Source: an uncultured Verrucomicrobiota bacterium (GTDB lineage: Bacteria; Verrucomicrobiota; Verrucomicrobiia; Limisphaerales; UBA1100). From it: a stretch of DNA of 62,134 bases. The translations under genes were made by a program, and so were the position numbers. Below the pieces are notes generated by a model. That model made no database searches and had not been told where the DNA came from. It was given only the letters and a program-made list of their open reading frames with translations. The DNA is taken from NCBI GenBank assembly GCA_902551155.1, contig CACDBG010000004.1:1-62134 (forward strand). Reading direction: 5' to 3'. Positions within the stretch are counted from its first letter, which is position 1. Every line of letters begins with the position of its first letter. Shown here one piece after another: positions 1-10,434 of the stretch.

Positions 1-1073
1 GTGCCGATCTCGGGCACATTCTGCACTCGCGCCACCAGTATCACTGGCACACCGGTTACGAGCCCCCCCTTACAGTGGCCGCACCGCACATCGGTGCGTG
101 GATCGCTCACGCTCGAGGCCGTAATCACCCTGCCTTGCCGGCTTTCATTGATATCGGGCAAACACCAAACGGTGAAAGCGAGGAGATAAAAGCGTTCCAA
201 ACTGGCGGCTGCCTTGGCACTGAATACGGGCCATTCACGATTGATGATCCCGCCAACGCGATCAAAGCCGTGCGCCCTCCGGCCGGCATGAGCCCGGTGC
301 GCTTTAAGACGCGGTACCAGAATTACCTACGGCTGCTCAAGGCTAGCCAAGATTTTCAAAAAGGTGATTCAGTCAAGCGCGAACAGTTGCTCAAGTCCAT
401 GGATGAGGCCTTCACCCTACTCAGTAGCCCAGCCGCAAAGGCTTTTGATCTTACCTTAGAGCCAGAAAAAAATGCTGCCCCTTACGGCACAGGGAAGTTT
501 GGCCGTGGATGCCTACTTGCCCGCCGACTAACCGAAGTGGGCGCGAGATTCATTGAAGTGACCAGTGATTATGGCCCGTTCAAGCGCTGGGACACCCATG
601 AAAATGGGCATACTCGATTAGCCGAACTAAAGAAGGATATCGATCAGCCCCTTGCGCAGTTAATTCTCGACCTTGAAGAACGAGGCCTGCTTAACCGCAC
701 GCTCATCGTGCTCGCCACTGAGTTCAGCCGAGACATGCTCGTGGAAGGTAAACCGGACAAAGAAGTGCGTGGGCAAGTAAAACAGCCTGATATCATTAAC
801 GAGTTGAAATTTTATGGTATGCACCGCCATTTCACCGCAGCTGGCAGCGTGCTGATGTTTGGTGGAGGTGCCAATCGCGGACATCTCTTTGGGGAAACAG
901 CTAACGAGCGTCCCTGTAAGACCATCAAAGATCCTGCCACCATAACAGACCTACACGCCACCATCTTTCGTGCCATGGGGGTCCCCACCGACTACCATAT
1001 CACTGTGGAGCAACGTCCTTTCTATGCTACCAAAGATGGAAAAGGGCGACCACTACATGGTATCATTTCATGA
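1..1073 (+). CDS. DUF1501 domain protein (sulfatase-like, PVC-typical), 5'-truncated by the window edge
   Basis: The frame is open from position 3 (ADLGHILHSRHQYHWHTGY...). Motifs FGRGCLLARRLTEVGARFIEV, WDTHENG, DLEERGLLNRTLIVLATEFSR and DLHATI are typical of DUF1501. Confidence 0.85.
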   Translation, partial: ADLGHILHSRHQYHWHTGYEPPLTVAAPHIGAWIAHARGRNHPALPAFIDIGQTPNGESEEIKAFQTGGCLGTEYGPFTIDDPANAIKAVRPPAGMSPVRFKTRYQNYLRLLKASQDFQKGDSVKREQLLKSMDEAFTLLSSPAAKAFDLTLEPEKNAAPYGTGKFGRGCLLARRLTEVGARFIEVTSDYGPFKRWDTHENGHTRLAELKKDIDQPLAQLILDLEERGLLNRTLIVLATEFSRDMLVEGKPDKEVRGQVKQPDIINELKFYGMHRHFTAAGSVLMFGGGANRGHLFGETANERPCKTIKDPATITDLHATIFRAMGVPTDYHITVEQRPFYATKDGKGRPLHGIIS

Positions 1074-1113
1074 AAACATTTGATTCTTAAATCCAAGCCA
1101 TCAACATCAATCT

Positions 1114-2280
1114 ATGGAAATCACTAACGCTCGTCTAATCCTCCCTGACTCAATCGAGCGAGGATCCTTGAGTATTCGCAATGGCCGAATCCAAAAGATT
1201 TCCAAAAACGCCAGATCAGCCACTAAAGCAAACGTTGAATACATAAATCTTCGCGGCGGATTCCTCGCTCCTGGCTTTGTTGATATTCATATACATGGAG
1301 CACTCGGACGTGACACCATGGAAGCTAACCCGGACGCTTTTCGTGAGATTACCGAGTTTCACCTTAAGGGAGGCACCACCTCTCTTACCCTGACCACACT
1401 TTCCGCCTCCCAGAAAGATATCCTTAAAACGCTCAAAGCCATTAAGCCATTTCATAATAAATCCATGGGCGGGTCACGCATCGTTGGTGTACACGTCGAA
1501 GGCCCGTTTATTAATAAAGTCCGTGCTGGAGCTCAAAACCCGGATTATTGCCGTAATCCAACTGCCAAGGAATGGAGCCCCATGCTCAAATACGGCAAAC
1601 TAATCACTCAAATGACTCTGGCTCCTGAATTGCCGCGGGCGAATACGTTGATAAAGGCCCTGCGCAAAAACGGGTCTATTGCCAGTGGAGGACACACAGA
1701 CGCAACGGAGAAGGAATTGTTTCCAGCACTTAAGGCAGGTTTGAACCAGAGCACCCACACTTTTAACGCCATGAGTGGTCTGGTTAAAAAAGGACCTTAT
1801 CGCTCAGCTGGAATGCTTGAATTCGCCTTGGCACATAACGACATCACTTGTGAACTGATTGCCGATGGACAACACGTGCCGCCAGTCCTAATGCGGATGT
1901 TATTTAACGCTAAACCTCGGGATAAAGTCGTCATTATTACCGATGCCACAAAGGGCGCTGGATTAAGAACAGGCACAAAATTTGAAATGTATGGTATTGC
2001 TGCACGAGTCACTAAAACAACTGCAGAAGTCGTAGACGGACGAGGACTAGCTGGAAGTACCTTGACGATGATCCGAGCAGTTCAAACCGCTGTCGAAAAA
2101 GCCAATGTTTCACTAGTCGATGCAGTCTATATGTCCACCTTCAACCCTGCTCGACAAATTGGACGGGCAAAAGAATTTGGTTCATTGGAAAAAGGTAAGA
2201 AAGCTGATCTAGTTTGGTTTGATAATAAATTCCAAATTAAGGGCGTATGGCTGGACGGGGAGCTGTTACACAGGGCTTGA
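1114..2280 (+). CDS. nagA: N-acetylglucosamine-6-phosphate deacetylase
   Basis: Motifs PGFVDIHIHG, GVHVEGPF, TLAPE, GHTDA, HTFNAM, IADGQHV, LAGSTLTM, NPA and GKKADLV. Confidence 0.93.
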   Translation: MEITNARLILPDSIERGSLSIRNGRIQKISKNARSATKANVEYINLRGGFLAPGFVDIHIHGALGRDTMEANPDAFREITEFHLKGGTTSLTLTTLSASQKDILKTLKAIKPFHNKSMGGSRIVGVHVEGPFINKVRAGAQNPDYCRNPTAKEWSPMLKYGKLITQMTLAPELPRANTLIKALRKNGSIASGGHTDATEKELFPALKAGLNQSTHTFNAMSGLVKKGPYRSAGMLEFALAHNDITCELIADGQHVPPVLMRMLFNAKPRDKVVIITDATKGAGLRTGTKFEMYGIAARVTKTTAEVVDGRGLAGSTLTMIRAVQTAVEKANVSLVDAVYMSTFNPARQIGRAKEFGSLEKGKKADLVWFDNKFQIKGVWLDGELLHRA

Positions 2281-2302
2281 ATACGCTTTACTAACTAAAA
2301 AA

Positions 2303-2379
2303 TGGCACTCCCGGAAGGATTTGAACCTTCGACCTAGTGTTTAGGAAACACCCGCTCTATCCAACTGAGCTACGGGAGC
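2303..2379 (-). tRNA. tRNA-Arg (anticodon CCT)
   Basis: The reverse complement folds as a 77-nt cloverleaf: GCTCCCG acceptor stem, D arm GCTC-AGTTGGATA-GAGC, anticodon arm GGTGT-TTCCTAA-ACACT, T arm GAAGG-TTCAAAT-CCTTC, and an encoded 3' CCA. Confidence 0.97.
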
Positions 2380-2515
2380 ACGACCGAATGATGCCGCAGA
2401 ATTCAATATATTTAAAGGAATGTCATACCCTATCAACCAGATTATGAATAACTCCCTTCGAGCATGAGTTGTAACTAAGCATAAAATCCTTTCTAATGAA
2501 CATCCGGAGGGGTTA

Positions 2516-3157
2516 ATGAATCTATTTATAGGTAGATCGTGTAATTTAAGACCGTATTTTGGCAGTGTTTTGCTAGTTCTCCTGAATACAAGCTGCTCAT
2601 ACCTGCCATTATCAGATCCAGGAAGAGATTTGCCCAACCCTTCAAATCCAATCAGCGCACCCGGACCAAAAACTTTCGTCCCATCTCTTGGAAAACAGGA
2701 ATTTCTTGAAACCTCGACCTATACCGATGGAGAGGGGAGGCTGTATTCCGCGCAAAACAAAACTCTTCTTACCGGCACCCTTGTCGCCTTTCACTCTGCG
2801 GGGCAGAAAAAATATGAAATCAATTATATTGAAGGGTTTCGCGAAGGCAGTGCTCAGTGGTGGACAAGTGATGGACAGCTAAAACACCTTCGCAACTATC
2901 ACAAAGGAAAGCTCAACGGTAGTTGGGTTGAATACTATGAAGGTTCTGAACAAAAACAGCAGGAACATATATACGACAATGGAGTTGAAATTATGCGGCG
3001 AGGCTGGTGGCTCAATGGCAGCAAAAAATTCGAGGTAGCTTTTGAAAATGGAGAAGAAAAATCCCGCCAATCTTGGGATGCGCTAGAAGCCGCCACCTCT
3101 ACCAAGCCAGCCCCAGATCCACTACTACCAAAACTGCCCTCGCAACCAGAGCCCTAA
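2516..3157 (+). CDS. MORN-variant repeat (YwqK-like) protein, possible lipoprotein
   Basis: Repeats of the type G.KKYEINY.EG.REG, G.LKHLRNYHKGKLNG and GSKKFEVAFENG. A hydrophobic stretch ends in TSC (possible lipobox). Pro-rich linkers. Start codon uncertain. Confidence 0.7.
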   Translation: MNLFIGRSCNLRPYFGSVLLVLLNTSCSYLPLSDPGRDLPNPSNPISAPGPKTFVPSLGKQEFLETSTYTDGEGRLYSAQNKTLLTGTLVAFHSAGQKKYEINYIEGFREGSAQWWTSDGQLKHLRNYHKGKLNGSWVEYYEGSEQKQQEHIYDNGVEIMRRGWWLNGSKKFEVAFENGEEKSRQSWDALEAATSTKPAPDPLLPKLPSQPEP

Positions 3158-4365
3158 ATCCTCCAAAAGGTTTGCTTTAGATCAGCTATCTTACCTGCCT
3201 GTTCTGGGTCGGCTTCTGATTGGCGTTTTGCTTCCAGCACAAATACCAATAGACACGTAGCAAAACCACTAGCAACTAGCGCAATCAGGACCATTTGCTT
3301 ACGCTTTGGGCTGGAGCGGTTTTCAGGCGGAATTGCCGCATCCAATACTTGAAGAATAGGCGCATTCTGAGACTCCTCTACTTTTGCCATCTGATATTGC
3401 TGGCTGAGCAGTTGATTGATGGTCTCGGCATATGTTAGATCTCTTAATCGCCGAGCGTACTCTAGGCCGGCCTTTGGCACTTGGCTCGTCGTGATAATCG
3501 ATGAAGAACTGCCCGGTGTGCTTTCAGGATTATTGCGCTCCAAATTTGTCAGTTGAGTTCGCATCTGGGCAAGAATAGTGACAGAACGCTTCACCTCGGG
3601 ATTATCGTCGGTAGCAGACAACTTTAATGCTCCCAATTCCACCTCCTTAGCAGCAATTTGAGCTCGGAGTGTTGCGATTGCCTCAATAACAGCTCGGCTC
3701 TGTTCCTCCAATCGAATTAAACCCGTTGTCTCCTGAGATACTCTCATCGCCTCTTCGGCCATCTGCAGTTTTGTAGTCGCTTCAATTAACTGTTTCTCTA
3801 AAAAAGCACGTCTTTGAGAGGCCTCCGTTAAAGCTAATTCTCTACTGAGCCGTTCGAGTTCAATCACATAATCGTTGGTTATTTCGGCTGCTTTTTCCGG
3901 GCTCTCGTCTTCAACTGAAATTGTAATGACTCCATCTTTTTTTCCTAATAAAGCTTCTGTTGCCCCAGAGAGCCCTGATCTTGCTTGCTCCATCGAAAGA
4001 TCTCCATCCTTGCCCTTGGTTAATTTATGTTTGGCAATAATTTTATCCTGTACCCGACGGCTTTGGAGCATGGTCAATAATACCTCTGTATCCGATCCAC
4101 CTCCACCTCCTGCACCAACCATGCCGGCCAAAGACCCGAGCTGACTAAGCATAGACATCGCCGAACCCTGTTTACGATCTGAAGGAATCAGAGTTGTGGA
4201 AGCGGTGTAAATTTCAGGCACTGTTAGACTATATGCTGCCGTAATGCATCCCACAAGAAACGGAACAATAATTATCTTCTTTTTATGACGGGCAAATACC
4301 AACAGCAGATCAATCAGGCTGATACTATCCTCTTGCTCATCGTGTTCTGAAACGCTGGCATTCAC
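3154..4365 (-). CDS. Polysaccharide co-polymerase / chain-length determinant (Wzz/GumC-like, no kinase domain)
   Basis: N-terminal ISLIDLL plus TM helix and YTASTTL, a long coiled coil, then VLDAAIPPENRSSPKR plus a C-terminal TM helix. No Walker A domain. GTG at 4365 preferred; the ORF track starts at 4398. Confidence 0.85.
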   Translation of the reverse strand: MNASVSEHDEQEDSISLIDLLLVFARHKKKIIIVPFLVGCITAAYSLTVPEIYTASTTLIPSDRKQGSAMSMLSQLGSLAGMVGAGGGGGSDTEVLLTMLQSRRVQDKIIAKHKLTKGKDGDLSMEQARSGLSGATEALLGKKDGVITISVEDESPEKAAEITNDYVIELERLSRELALTEASQRRAFLEKQLIEATTKLQMAEEAMRVSQETTGLIRLEEQSRAVIEAIATLRAQIAAKEVELGALKLSATDDNPEVKRSVTILAQMRTQLTNLERNNPESTPGSSSSIITTSQVPKAGLEYARRLRDLTYAETINQLLSQQYQMAKVEESQNAPILQVLDAAIPPENRSSPKRKQMVLIALVASGFATCLLVFVLEAKRQSEADPEQAGKIADLKQTFWRI

Positions 4366-5424
4366 ATTAGAATTATAATCGAGTCGATTTAATCGCAAAC
4401 GGAAAAAGCTCTTCTCCGAAAGGGGATGTGCGAGACTGGGCTAATCATCCTGAAGGACTCGGACTGCAGCCGCCCCAATAGCAAAGTCCGAGAATATCTT
4501 CACCCACTCTTTGAGCTCATATTTCCAATTAGCAAAATCCATTTTCTCGGGCACAACCACTGTATCTCCCGGATAAATAGGTTCGTAAATAAATTTTCTT
4601 CCCCTTTGACCGTAACTTACAACAGTGCCGTCAGCCCTAATTAAAAAAAGATGTTTCATGTCTGCATATTTCGTCGGCCCCCCCCGCCGCCGCCATCGTG
4701 TCAATTACACCGCTATCCTCACTCCATAGAGTTGACTGCTGGTTATAGACTTCCCCCATAATGTGCACTTCGTTCATTTTCGAAGGGACTACAAAAACAT
4801 CTCCATCTTCCAGTTCAATTTGGGGTAACGACCCTACTGTAACCGCTTTCCTCTCCAACTGCAATGTCACTCTGCCCGTAGCCACAGTCGCCCGCATCAT
4901 GTTAATAGTCTTGGCTCTTGCCTGCATTTGTGCGGCAACCAAATTTTTTACGTCTGGCGAGATCGTACGTGCCTGTAAGGCCGCCGTTGCCGAAGCCATT
5001 TCCTTTTCCACCCGTGCCGTCGATTCAACTATTCTCCTTCGCTGCTCTTTTTTAACCGCCTCTCGCGTAAACACGCTCGCATACAAGTAAGCATCAGACG
5101 TAATACCTCCGGCACGTCTAACTAATTGAGGTAATGTCTCTCCGGGAAGAATCCGGTAGACGCCAGGATTCGTAATCTCCCCCCTCAAAACCACCAAGCT
5201 ATCTCTTTTGGATTTTGGAACTGGCACGTCTTTCTGATTGTAAATAGTAACAATATCACCAGGCTTTAGTATGTGGTTTTCCTCCGGATCATCCTCCTTA
5301 ATGGCTGCCCCTAAATTAAAAGAAATGAGCTCATTTCTGAGTGTCTTAGTATTCAGGCGAGTTATTGTCGCATATTGCCAATTAATTTCATTGAGCAGCC
5401 CCCGGACAAGCCCCGTAGGATTTT

Positions 5425-5463
5425 CCCGCATCTCAATTGCCCGCATCTCAATTGCCCGCATCT
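5425..5463. repeat. 15-bp in-frame tandem repeat (CCCGCATCTCAATTG x2.6; encodes MRAIE units)
   Basis: Read directly in the sequence; the protein shows QMRAIEMRAIEMRE. Confidence 0.9.
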
Positions 5464-6598
5464 GGTCTTGCTTAGACTTAGTAGCATTATCATCCGTTTC
5501 AAATGACTGATTGAGGGGCTGTTTTTCAGTAAGCAAATTAACTCGCATCCAATATTTACGCGGGACCAAATAAGACGCGTCCGGTATAAGATCCTTCAGT
5601 CTCATGCCTTCCTTCCAAGAATACCTGCGAGGAAAATCTACATGGCCTCGCAATGAAACAACTTGATCAAACTGTGGGGATATAGGTTCAATTGAGATTA
5701 AATCTCCGTTTTTAACAGGGGAATTTAGCCCTGTATCGTTTAATTTTATCTCTTTTATCCGGCGCCCTATATTGTCCTCAATCCGTTCAAGTGATGCCCT
5801 GCCTCTAGAAGCCGTTGCGGTTAATCCGCCTGACAACTCAATAATCGTATCAACCGTTTCTGGCTCCTTAGTTTCGTATACTCCAGGGGATTGGACACTC
5901 CCCTTAATCGCCACCAATGGTCCCATTGGCAAAACTCTAATGACATCACCATGCAAGAGACGGATGTCCTTGGAATTATCACCCTCTATAAGTAAGTCAT
6001 ACAGATCTAATTCTGAAATAGGCTTATTCCCACGACGCACCTCGATCTTTCTCATTGAGCCCACTGAAGATGGGCCACCAGCCTCAAAGAGTGCACTTAA
6101 TGCCGTGCTTAAGGCGCTAACTGTGTAATTACCCGGTTTTTCTACATGACCCACGATCAACACCTTGATGGATCTTAGCCTGCCGAAACTGACATTAAGC
6201 TCAAAATCCTTGAACAAACGTTGCATCGCTGTCTTTACAAACCCTTCAATCTGGCTGGCTTTCAGGCCCGCCACCTGCAGCACCCCAACCTTAGGTATGT
6301 TAATCGCACCGTTTCTATCTATGAAAAGTACCAAATTGATATCGACTTGCCCCCAAGCACGAATAACTAACTGATCTCCAGGGCCAACAACATAGTCAGC
6401 TGTCACGGGCAAATTGTCTGCCGATGTAAAACCCTGCATGTGGGGCATAAATAGTTTTTGGCCGTACATGGGTAAATATTCACCGGTCGTTTCAAAAATA
6501 AACTTTTGGAAATTATTGGTCGTTATCTGAACTCGATTGGTTAGAGATTGATTTAAATTCTGATTGCTACCACGACCATATTGTGGAGAAGCCTGCGA

Positions 6599-6670
6599 AT
6601 ACATCCCCATGGTTTGCGGATACATCCCCATGGTTTGCGGATACATCCCCATGGTTTGCGGATACATCCC
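6599..6670. repeat. 21-bp in-frame tandem repeat (ATACATCCCCATGGTTTGCGG x3.4; encodes GMYPQTM units)
   Basis: Three perfect copies (6599-6661) plus a 9-bp partial copy. Confidence 0.95.
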
Positions 6671-6885
6671 AATAGTTGGCATCGAAGGCAGCAGGCCCTG
6701 AGTAGAGCCTCCTATGGGTAGAGCCGAGGGGGGCTGAGCGAAAATAATACTCGCTTGCGCGAACAAAATTAGCTCACAAAAAAACCTAAAAATAGAATAC
6801 TGCCTACCCACCTTTACCACCCAAAGACCCCCCTTCAATACAGAAAAATCACTGATTTGTCGATATATAAAAGCTACTCCTCAGA

Positions 6886-8154
6886 TTAGTCTAACCGAAA
6901 GAACTCCTGATCAGTTTTCGAGGTTTCTCGATTACTTAGCTTATTTAAATGCCGGTCGGTTTGCTTTCCGTTGAGGTGACCGTTTTTTGGTTCCCCATTT
7001 TGTGCGTCGATACTTTTTGAAACCAAACCGGGTAAATCAAATTCTTGCTGAACAGCCGCAGGTGAAGAAATAATCTTCATCCACATTGGAGCCTTAAATC
7101 GCACCAGCATTCGATATAAGCCCAAGTAAAAAAGAACTGATAAAGAGCAATATAACATCAAAAGGTGTTTTTGATCCCATATTGCCAATACAATCAATGT
7201 CGATATTCCCTGCCATACCCAGAAGAAAGTTGTACTGAGAGAGTTGCGCAGCATCCCATTAGCCTTGCTACCCCACGCCCACCGGTTTAAACGTTTATGC
7301 ACAAGTGAATGGAGGTGCAGAGCATCAGCTTTTTGAGCTCCAGTATTTTTAATTCTCCGGCGATAAATCGAATATAACGTCTCAGTCACCGGATAAATTG
7401 CCAAAGCCAATGGTAAAAACCATGAGAGCTGCGAATGGCGCACCAAAAGTAAAATTGAAATCTCAGCAATTAAAAATCCTAATAAGTAAGCCCCGCCATC
7501 CCCCAAAAAAATTCGCCCTTTTGGGTAGTTAACGAACATGAAGCCTAAAGCAGCAGCTGATGTTCCTAGACTTAATTGCGCGAGGGTCCCATCACCTAAA
7601 AGATGAGCGACCCAGCCCAACCCGCATAGTATAATTACAGCAACTCCTGAAGAGAGCCCATTGAGTCCATCAATAATATTAAAAGCGTGTGTAACCCCGG
7701 CCACACAAAAACAAGTAAACAACCAGCAGATAACACTCAGTCCGCCGGTGCTGATTCCGGGAATAGGCAACACTGCCTTTAATAGCATACCAGCCAATAG
7801 AGCACTGCCAATAGCAGCTAATAGCCGCACCTGGGGCGAAATATTCCCCCAGCAATCCTCAATCATTCCAAAAGCAAACACCGGCAACCCCGCCAAAATG
7901 ACCCATAAAAGGGAAACTTCCGGAGTAAAAACCGAAGTAGTAGGTAGGCTAAAAAGGATGTAAGTGCCTAGTCCTGCGATGATTCCTAACCCACCCAACC
8001 GAGAGACCTGATGTTGGTGCATTCGCTGAGGTTTATCACCCATATGGCAATCTGATCCCACCTGGCCTACGCGCCTAAAACTACTCACCATATAACTAGC
8101 CAAAAATGCCACCCCAACAGCAAATCCTGCTAAAATTAATTGGTCAGTATCCAT
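6886..8154 (-). CDS. wecA: Undecaprenyl-phosphate N-acetylhexosamine-1-phosphate transferase (WecA/WbpL, MraY family)
   Basis: Polytopic membrane protein with SRLGGLGI, GMIED, AFNIIDGLNGL, NYPKGRIFLGDGGAYLLG and DALHLHSL motifs. Confidence 0.85.
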   Translation of the reverse strand: MDTDQLILAGFAVGVAFLASYMVSSFRRVGQVGSDCHMGDKPQRMHQHQVSRLGGLGIIAGLGTYILFSLPTTSVFTPEVSLLWVILAGLPVFAFGMIEDCWGNISPQVRLLAAIGSALLAGMLLKAVLPIPGISTGGLSVICWLFTCFCVAGVTHAFNIIDGLNGLSSGVAVIILCGLGWVAHLLGDGTLAQLSLGTSAAALGFMFVNYPKGRIFLGDGGAYLLGFLIAEISILLLVRHSQLSWFLPLALAIYPVTETLYSIYRRRIKNTGAQKADALHLHSLVHKRLNRWAWGSKANGMLRNSLSTTFFWVWQGISTLIVLAIWDQKHLLMLYCSLSVLFYLGLYRMLVRFKAPMWMKIISSPAAVQQEFDLPGLVSKSIDAQNGEPKNGHLNGKQTDRHLNKLSNRETSKTDQEFFRLD

Positions 8155-8273
8155 TCGACTCTAAACAATAGAAATCAGTTTATTTAATACTTATGTATTC
8201 CCTAACAGGCACTCGAAAGGCGGAATGTCATACACTATATTCGACATTTAGGTCAATAACTTGTGAATAAAGT

Positions 8274-8282
8274 TGATATAAT
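8274..8282 (+). promoter_or_regulatory. Candidate extended -10 promoter element (TGnTATAAT) for the porin gene
   Basis: TGATATAAT lies about 30 nt upstream of ATG 8312 in a divergent intergenic region. This is a sequence match only. Confidence 0.4.
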
Positions 8283-8311
8283 GGCAAATAATATGCTCCA
8301 ATCCCTGTCTT

Positions 8312-9532
8312 ATGAAAAAGTGGGGATGGATAGTAATTTGCCTAACATGGGGTATCTTTGGTGTAGCACAAGCCCAGCAGGCGCTGGAGGACCGCGTAGC
8401 CGACCTTGAGAAGAAACTGCTAGAATCCCAGAAGAATACGCAGCTACTCACTGAAGAACTTGATGCAGTAAAGAAACAGGCCCAGCAAGGCTTTGTATCC
8501 TCTCTCCGCCTCAATGGTTATGTCAGTTCCTCCTTCCGCTATACCCCCACCTCAAATGTGGGCAACGATCTATACGGTTTAAGCGGCGGTGAAAATCAGC
8601 GCGACCGCTTTGCATTGGATGTGGTCTCCTTGAGTCTATCCTCTGAAGAAAAAGAAGAGGAATGGGCCTCAGGCTTCCATGTTCAGACTTGGATCGGCCC
8701 AGGAGCAGATTTATTAGGAACAGCAGGCGACCCAAATACATCCAGTCCCGGCAATAATGAAATTGCCATCAAGCAGGCTTACATCAAATTGCATTTACCG
8801 GTAGGTGAAGGACTGGGCATGAAAGTAGGCGTTTTTGATAAGGTCATCGGCTATGAATCGACCGATCGAAATGAAAATCCTTTCCATAGCCATTCCTGGG
8901 GTTACACCGTTGGCCCTCGACAACATACCGGATTCATTTTTGATTATGGAATTACTGAAGAACTCAAACTTCATTTCGGTGTTGCCAATAGCACCTCATC
9001 TAAGATCAATGGCTTAAGCGATAACGACAACCAATATACCCTAATTGGCGCTCTGAAATACCAACTTCCAGAACAAATCTGGGGTCTTGGCGGTTCACAA
9101 TTAACGGCTGGCACAGTTCGAGGCCGCCCTTGGGATGAGGGAAATGATAATCAACCGGTGGTTCGGGAAGAATACTATCACTTTGGCCTGAAAGATATCA
9201 AAACGCCTATTGAGGACTTAACGGCCGGCGCAGCTTGGGATATCGTCGATAACAGAGGGGTTGGAAAGAATGGCGATCAGATATGGGGCGCTTACCTCAA
9301 ATATGAAGCCACCAACTTACTGGAATTTAATTTTCGCGGTGAGAAGTTCCAAGCTGGCTCAAGCTTGGGCTCTAGCATGAGTAATGGCTGGGGCGCAACA
9401 CTGGGAGCCACCTATAAATTGTGGTCCAACACCCTAGCCCGCTTTGAAATCCGCCAGGATAAAACCGATGAAGAAGTCGGAGGCAGAACAGATAATCGGG
9501 CCTTTATCTGGAACCTGATCTACAGTTTCTAA
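8312..9532 (+). CDS. Outer-membrane beta-barrel protein (putative porin, BBP2/DUF1597-like)
   Basis: Signal peptide (AQA/QQA), short coiled coil, IKQAYI and G.F...IGYE motifs, amphipathic strands, and a C-terminal aromatic YSF (BAM-type signal). Confidence 0.75.
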   Translation: MKKWGWIVICLTWGIFGVAQAQQALEDRVADLEKKLLESQKNTQLLTEELDAVKKQAQQGFVSSLRLNGYVSSSFRYTPTSNVGNDLYGLSGGENQRDRFALDVVSLSLSSEEKEEEWASGFHVQTWIGPGADLLGTAGDPNTSSPGNNEIAIKQAYIKLHLPVGEGLGMKVGVFDKVIGYESTDRNENPFHSHSWGYTVGPRQHTGFIFDYGITEELKLHFGVANSTSSKINGLSDNDNQYTLIGALKYQLPEQIWGLGGSQLTAGTVRGRPWDEGNDNQPVVREEYYHFGLKDIKTPIEDLTAGAAWDIVDNRGVGKNGDQIWGAYLKYEATNLLEFNFRGEKFQAGSSLGSSMSNGWGATLGATYKLWSNTLARFEIRQDKTDEEVGGRTDNRAFIWNLIYSF

Positions 9533-9678
9533 AGTCTTTTAATCCATCCAAAATAAATCTGTTATCGTTCAAGTCATTAAGTCTTGCATCAGATTTCCTG
9601 ATCACTACTGAATTTTTTGGATAAATCTCAGCGAAAAAAACATCCATTTAGCAGACAGATTAACAGTAAAGGACTGAA

Positions 9679-10434
9679 ATGGCTCATTTGATTAAACAGT
9701 TACTAGACCCGGTCGGGCTAGTTTGGGTTTTGCTAATCATCAATTGCTCGATACACATATACAAACGTCAAAACCGATGGGCCGTTGTCCACGGCTGTAT
9801 GATTGTATTTTTATTTGTGGCCGGCGGAACACCTCTTCCCCAGTGGCTACTTAAAAACTTAGAGTCTCCTTACTACGAAACATCATATGATCCAGACAAA
9901 AAATATGACGCTATAGTAGTGCTAGGGGGATATGCATCTAGGGAGAATGAAGGTATTACCGGAATTAATGCAGGAGGAGCTTTTGACAGAATTCTAACCG
10001 GAATTGAACTTGCTCAAAAAGAAAGTGGAGAGCACTTGCTTATCGGCATTGGCAATTCTTCTGACAGTGAAATAAAAGAATGGATCGAGCGCTGGGGCTT
10101 GGTTGATATCCCGCTTGAAAATTTGCGTGCCTGCAGCAATACATATGAAGAATCACAAGCGGTAAAGAAACTGGCGGATGAAAATGGCTGGGAGAAAGTA
10201 TTACTCGTTACATCTGCATACCATATGCCGAGAGCTGAAGCAGTTTTTATTTCCAGCGGCATAGATGTTGCACCTATTGCATGTGACTTTAAAAGTATAC
10301 AGCCCGCGCCGATATATTTTATACCTGACAGTGCGAATTTGGAGAATATGCAGACCTTTCTTAGTGAAAAAATAGGCTGGGTATATTACCGATTAAAAGG
10401 CTGGATACAACTTGATGCTTTGCCTAGGAAATGA
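9679..10434 (+). CDS. YdcF/ElyC-family (DUF218) envelope protein
   Basis: Two N-terminal TM helices; motifs AIVVLGG, SNTYEE, LLVTSAYHMPRA and E.IG. Confidence 0.85.
   Translation: MAHLIKQLLDPVGLVWVLLIINCSIHIYKRQNRWAVVHGCMIVFLFVAGGTPLPQWLLKNLESPYYETSYDPDKKYDAIVVLGGYASRENEGITGINAGGAFDRILTGIELAQKESGEHLLIGIGNSSDSEIKEWIERWGLVDIPLENLRACSNTYEESQAVKKLADENGWEKVLLVTSAYHMPRAEAVFISSGIDVAPIACDFKSIQPAPIYFIPDSANLENMQTFLSEKIGWVYYRLKGWIQLDALPRK

Larger units (their letters stand above)
4441..6838 (-). pseudogene. SLBB-domain polysaccharide export protein (Wza/KpsD/OtnA-like), frameshifted near the C-terminus
   Basis: Motifs DYVVGPGDQLVIRAWG, GSMRKIEV and repeated V.G.V..PG.Y SLBB units. The natural C-terminus (GGPTKYAD..LIRADG..PGDTVVVP) lies in ORF 4441..4704. 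Deleting one G from the G8 tract at 4678-4685 joins the two ORFs. Confidence 0.85.

Noticed and set aside
2303-2379. tRNA-Arg as the integration site of the polysaccharide island
   Set aside because: Its 3' end points away from the locus, I saw no duplicated tRNA 3' fragment, and there is no integrase in the window.
2341-2637. 98-aa minus-strand ORF and the other short ORFs nested antisense to long genes
   Set aside because: They overlap the tRNA or well-supported genes and carry no recognisable motifs; treated as spurious.
2516-3157. Toxin-antitoxin system (YwqK-like antitoxin)
   Set aside because: There is no adjacent toxin gene, and MORN-variant repeats are a generic scaffold.
6599-6670. 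Possible CRISPR array
   Set aside because: The repeats are directly adjacent with no spacers, lie in frame within a CDS, and no cas genes are present.
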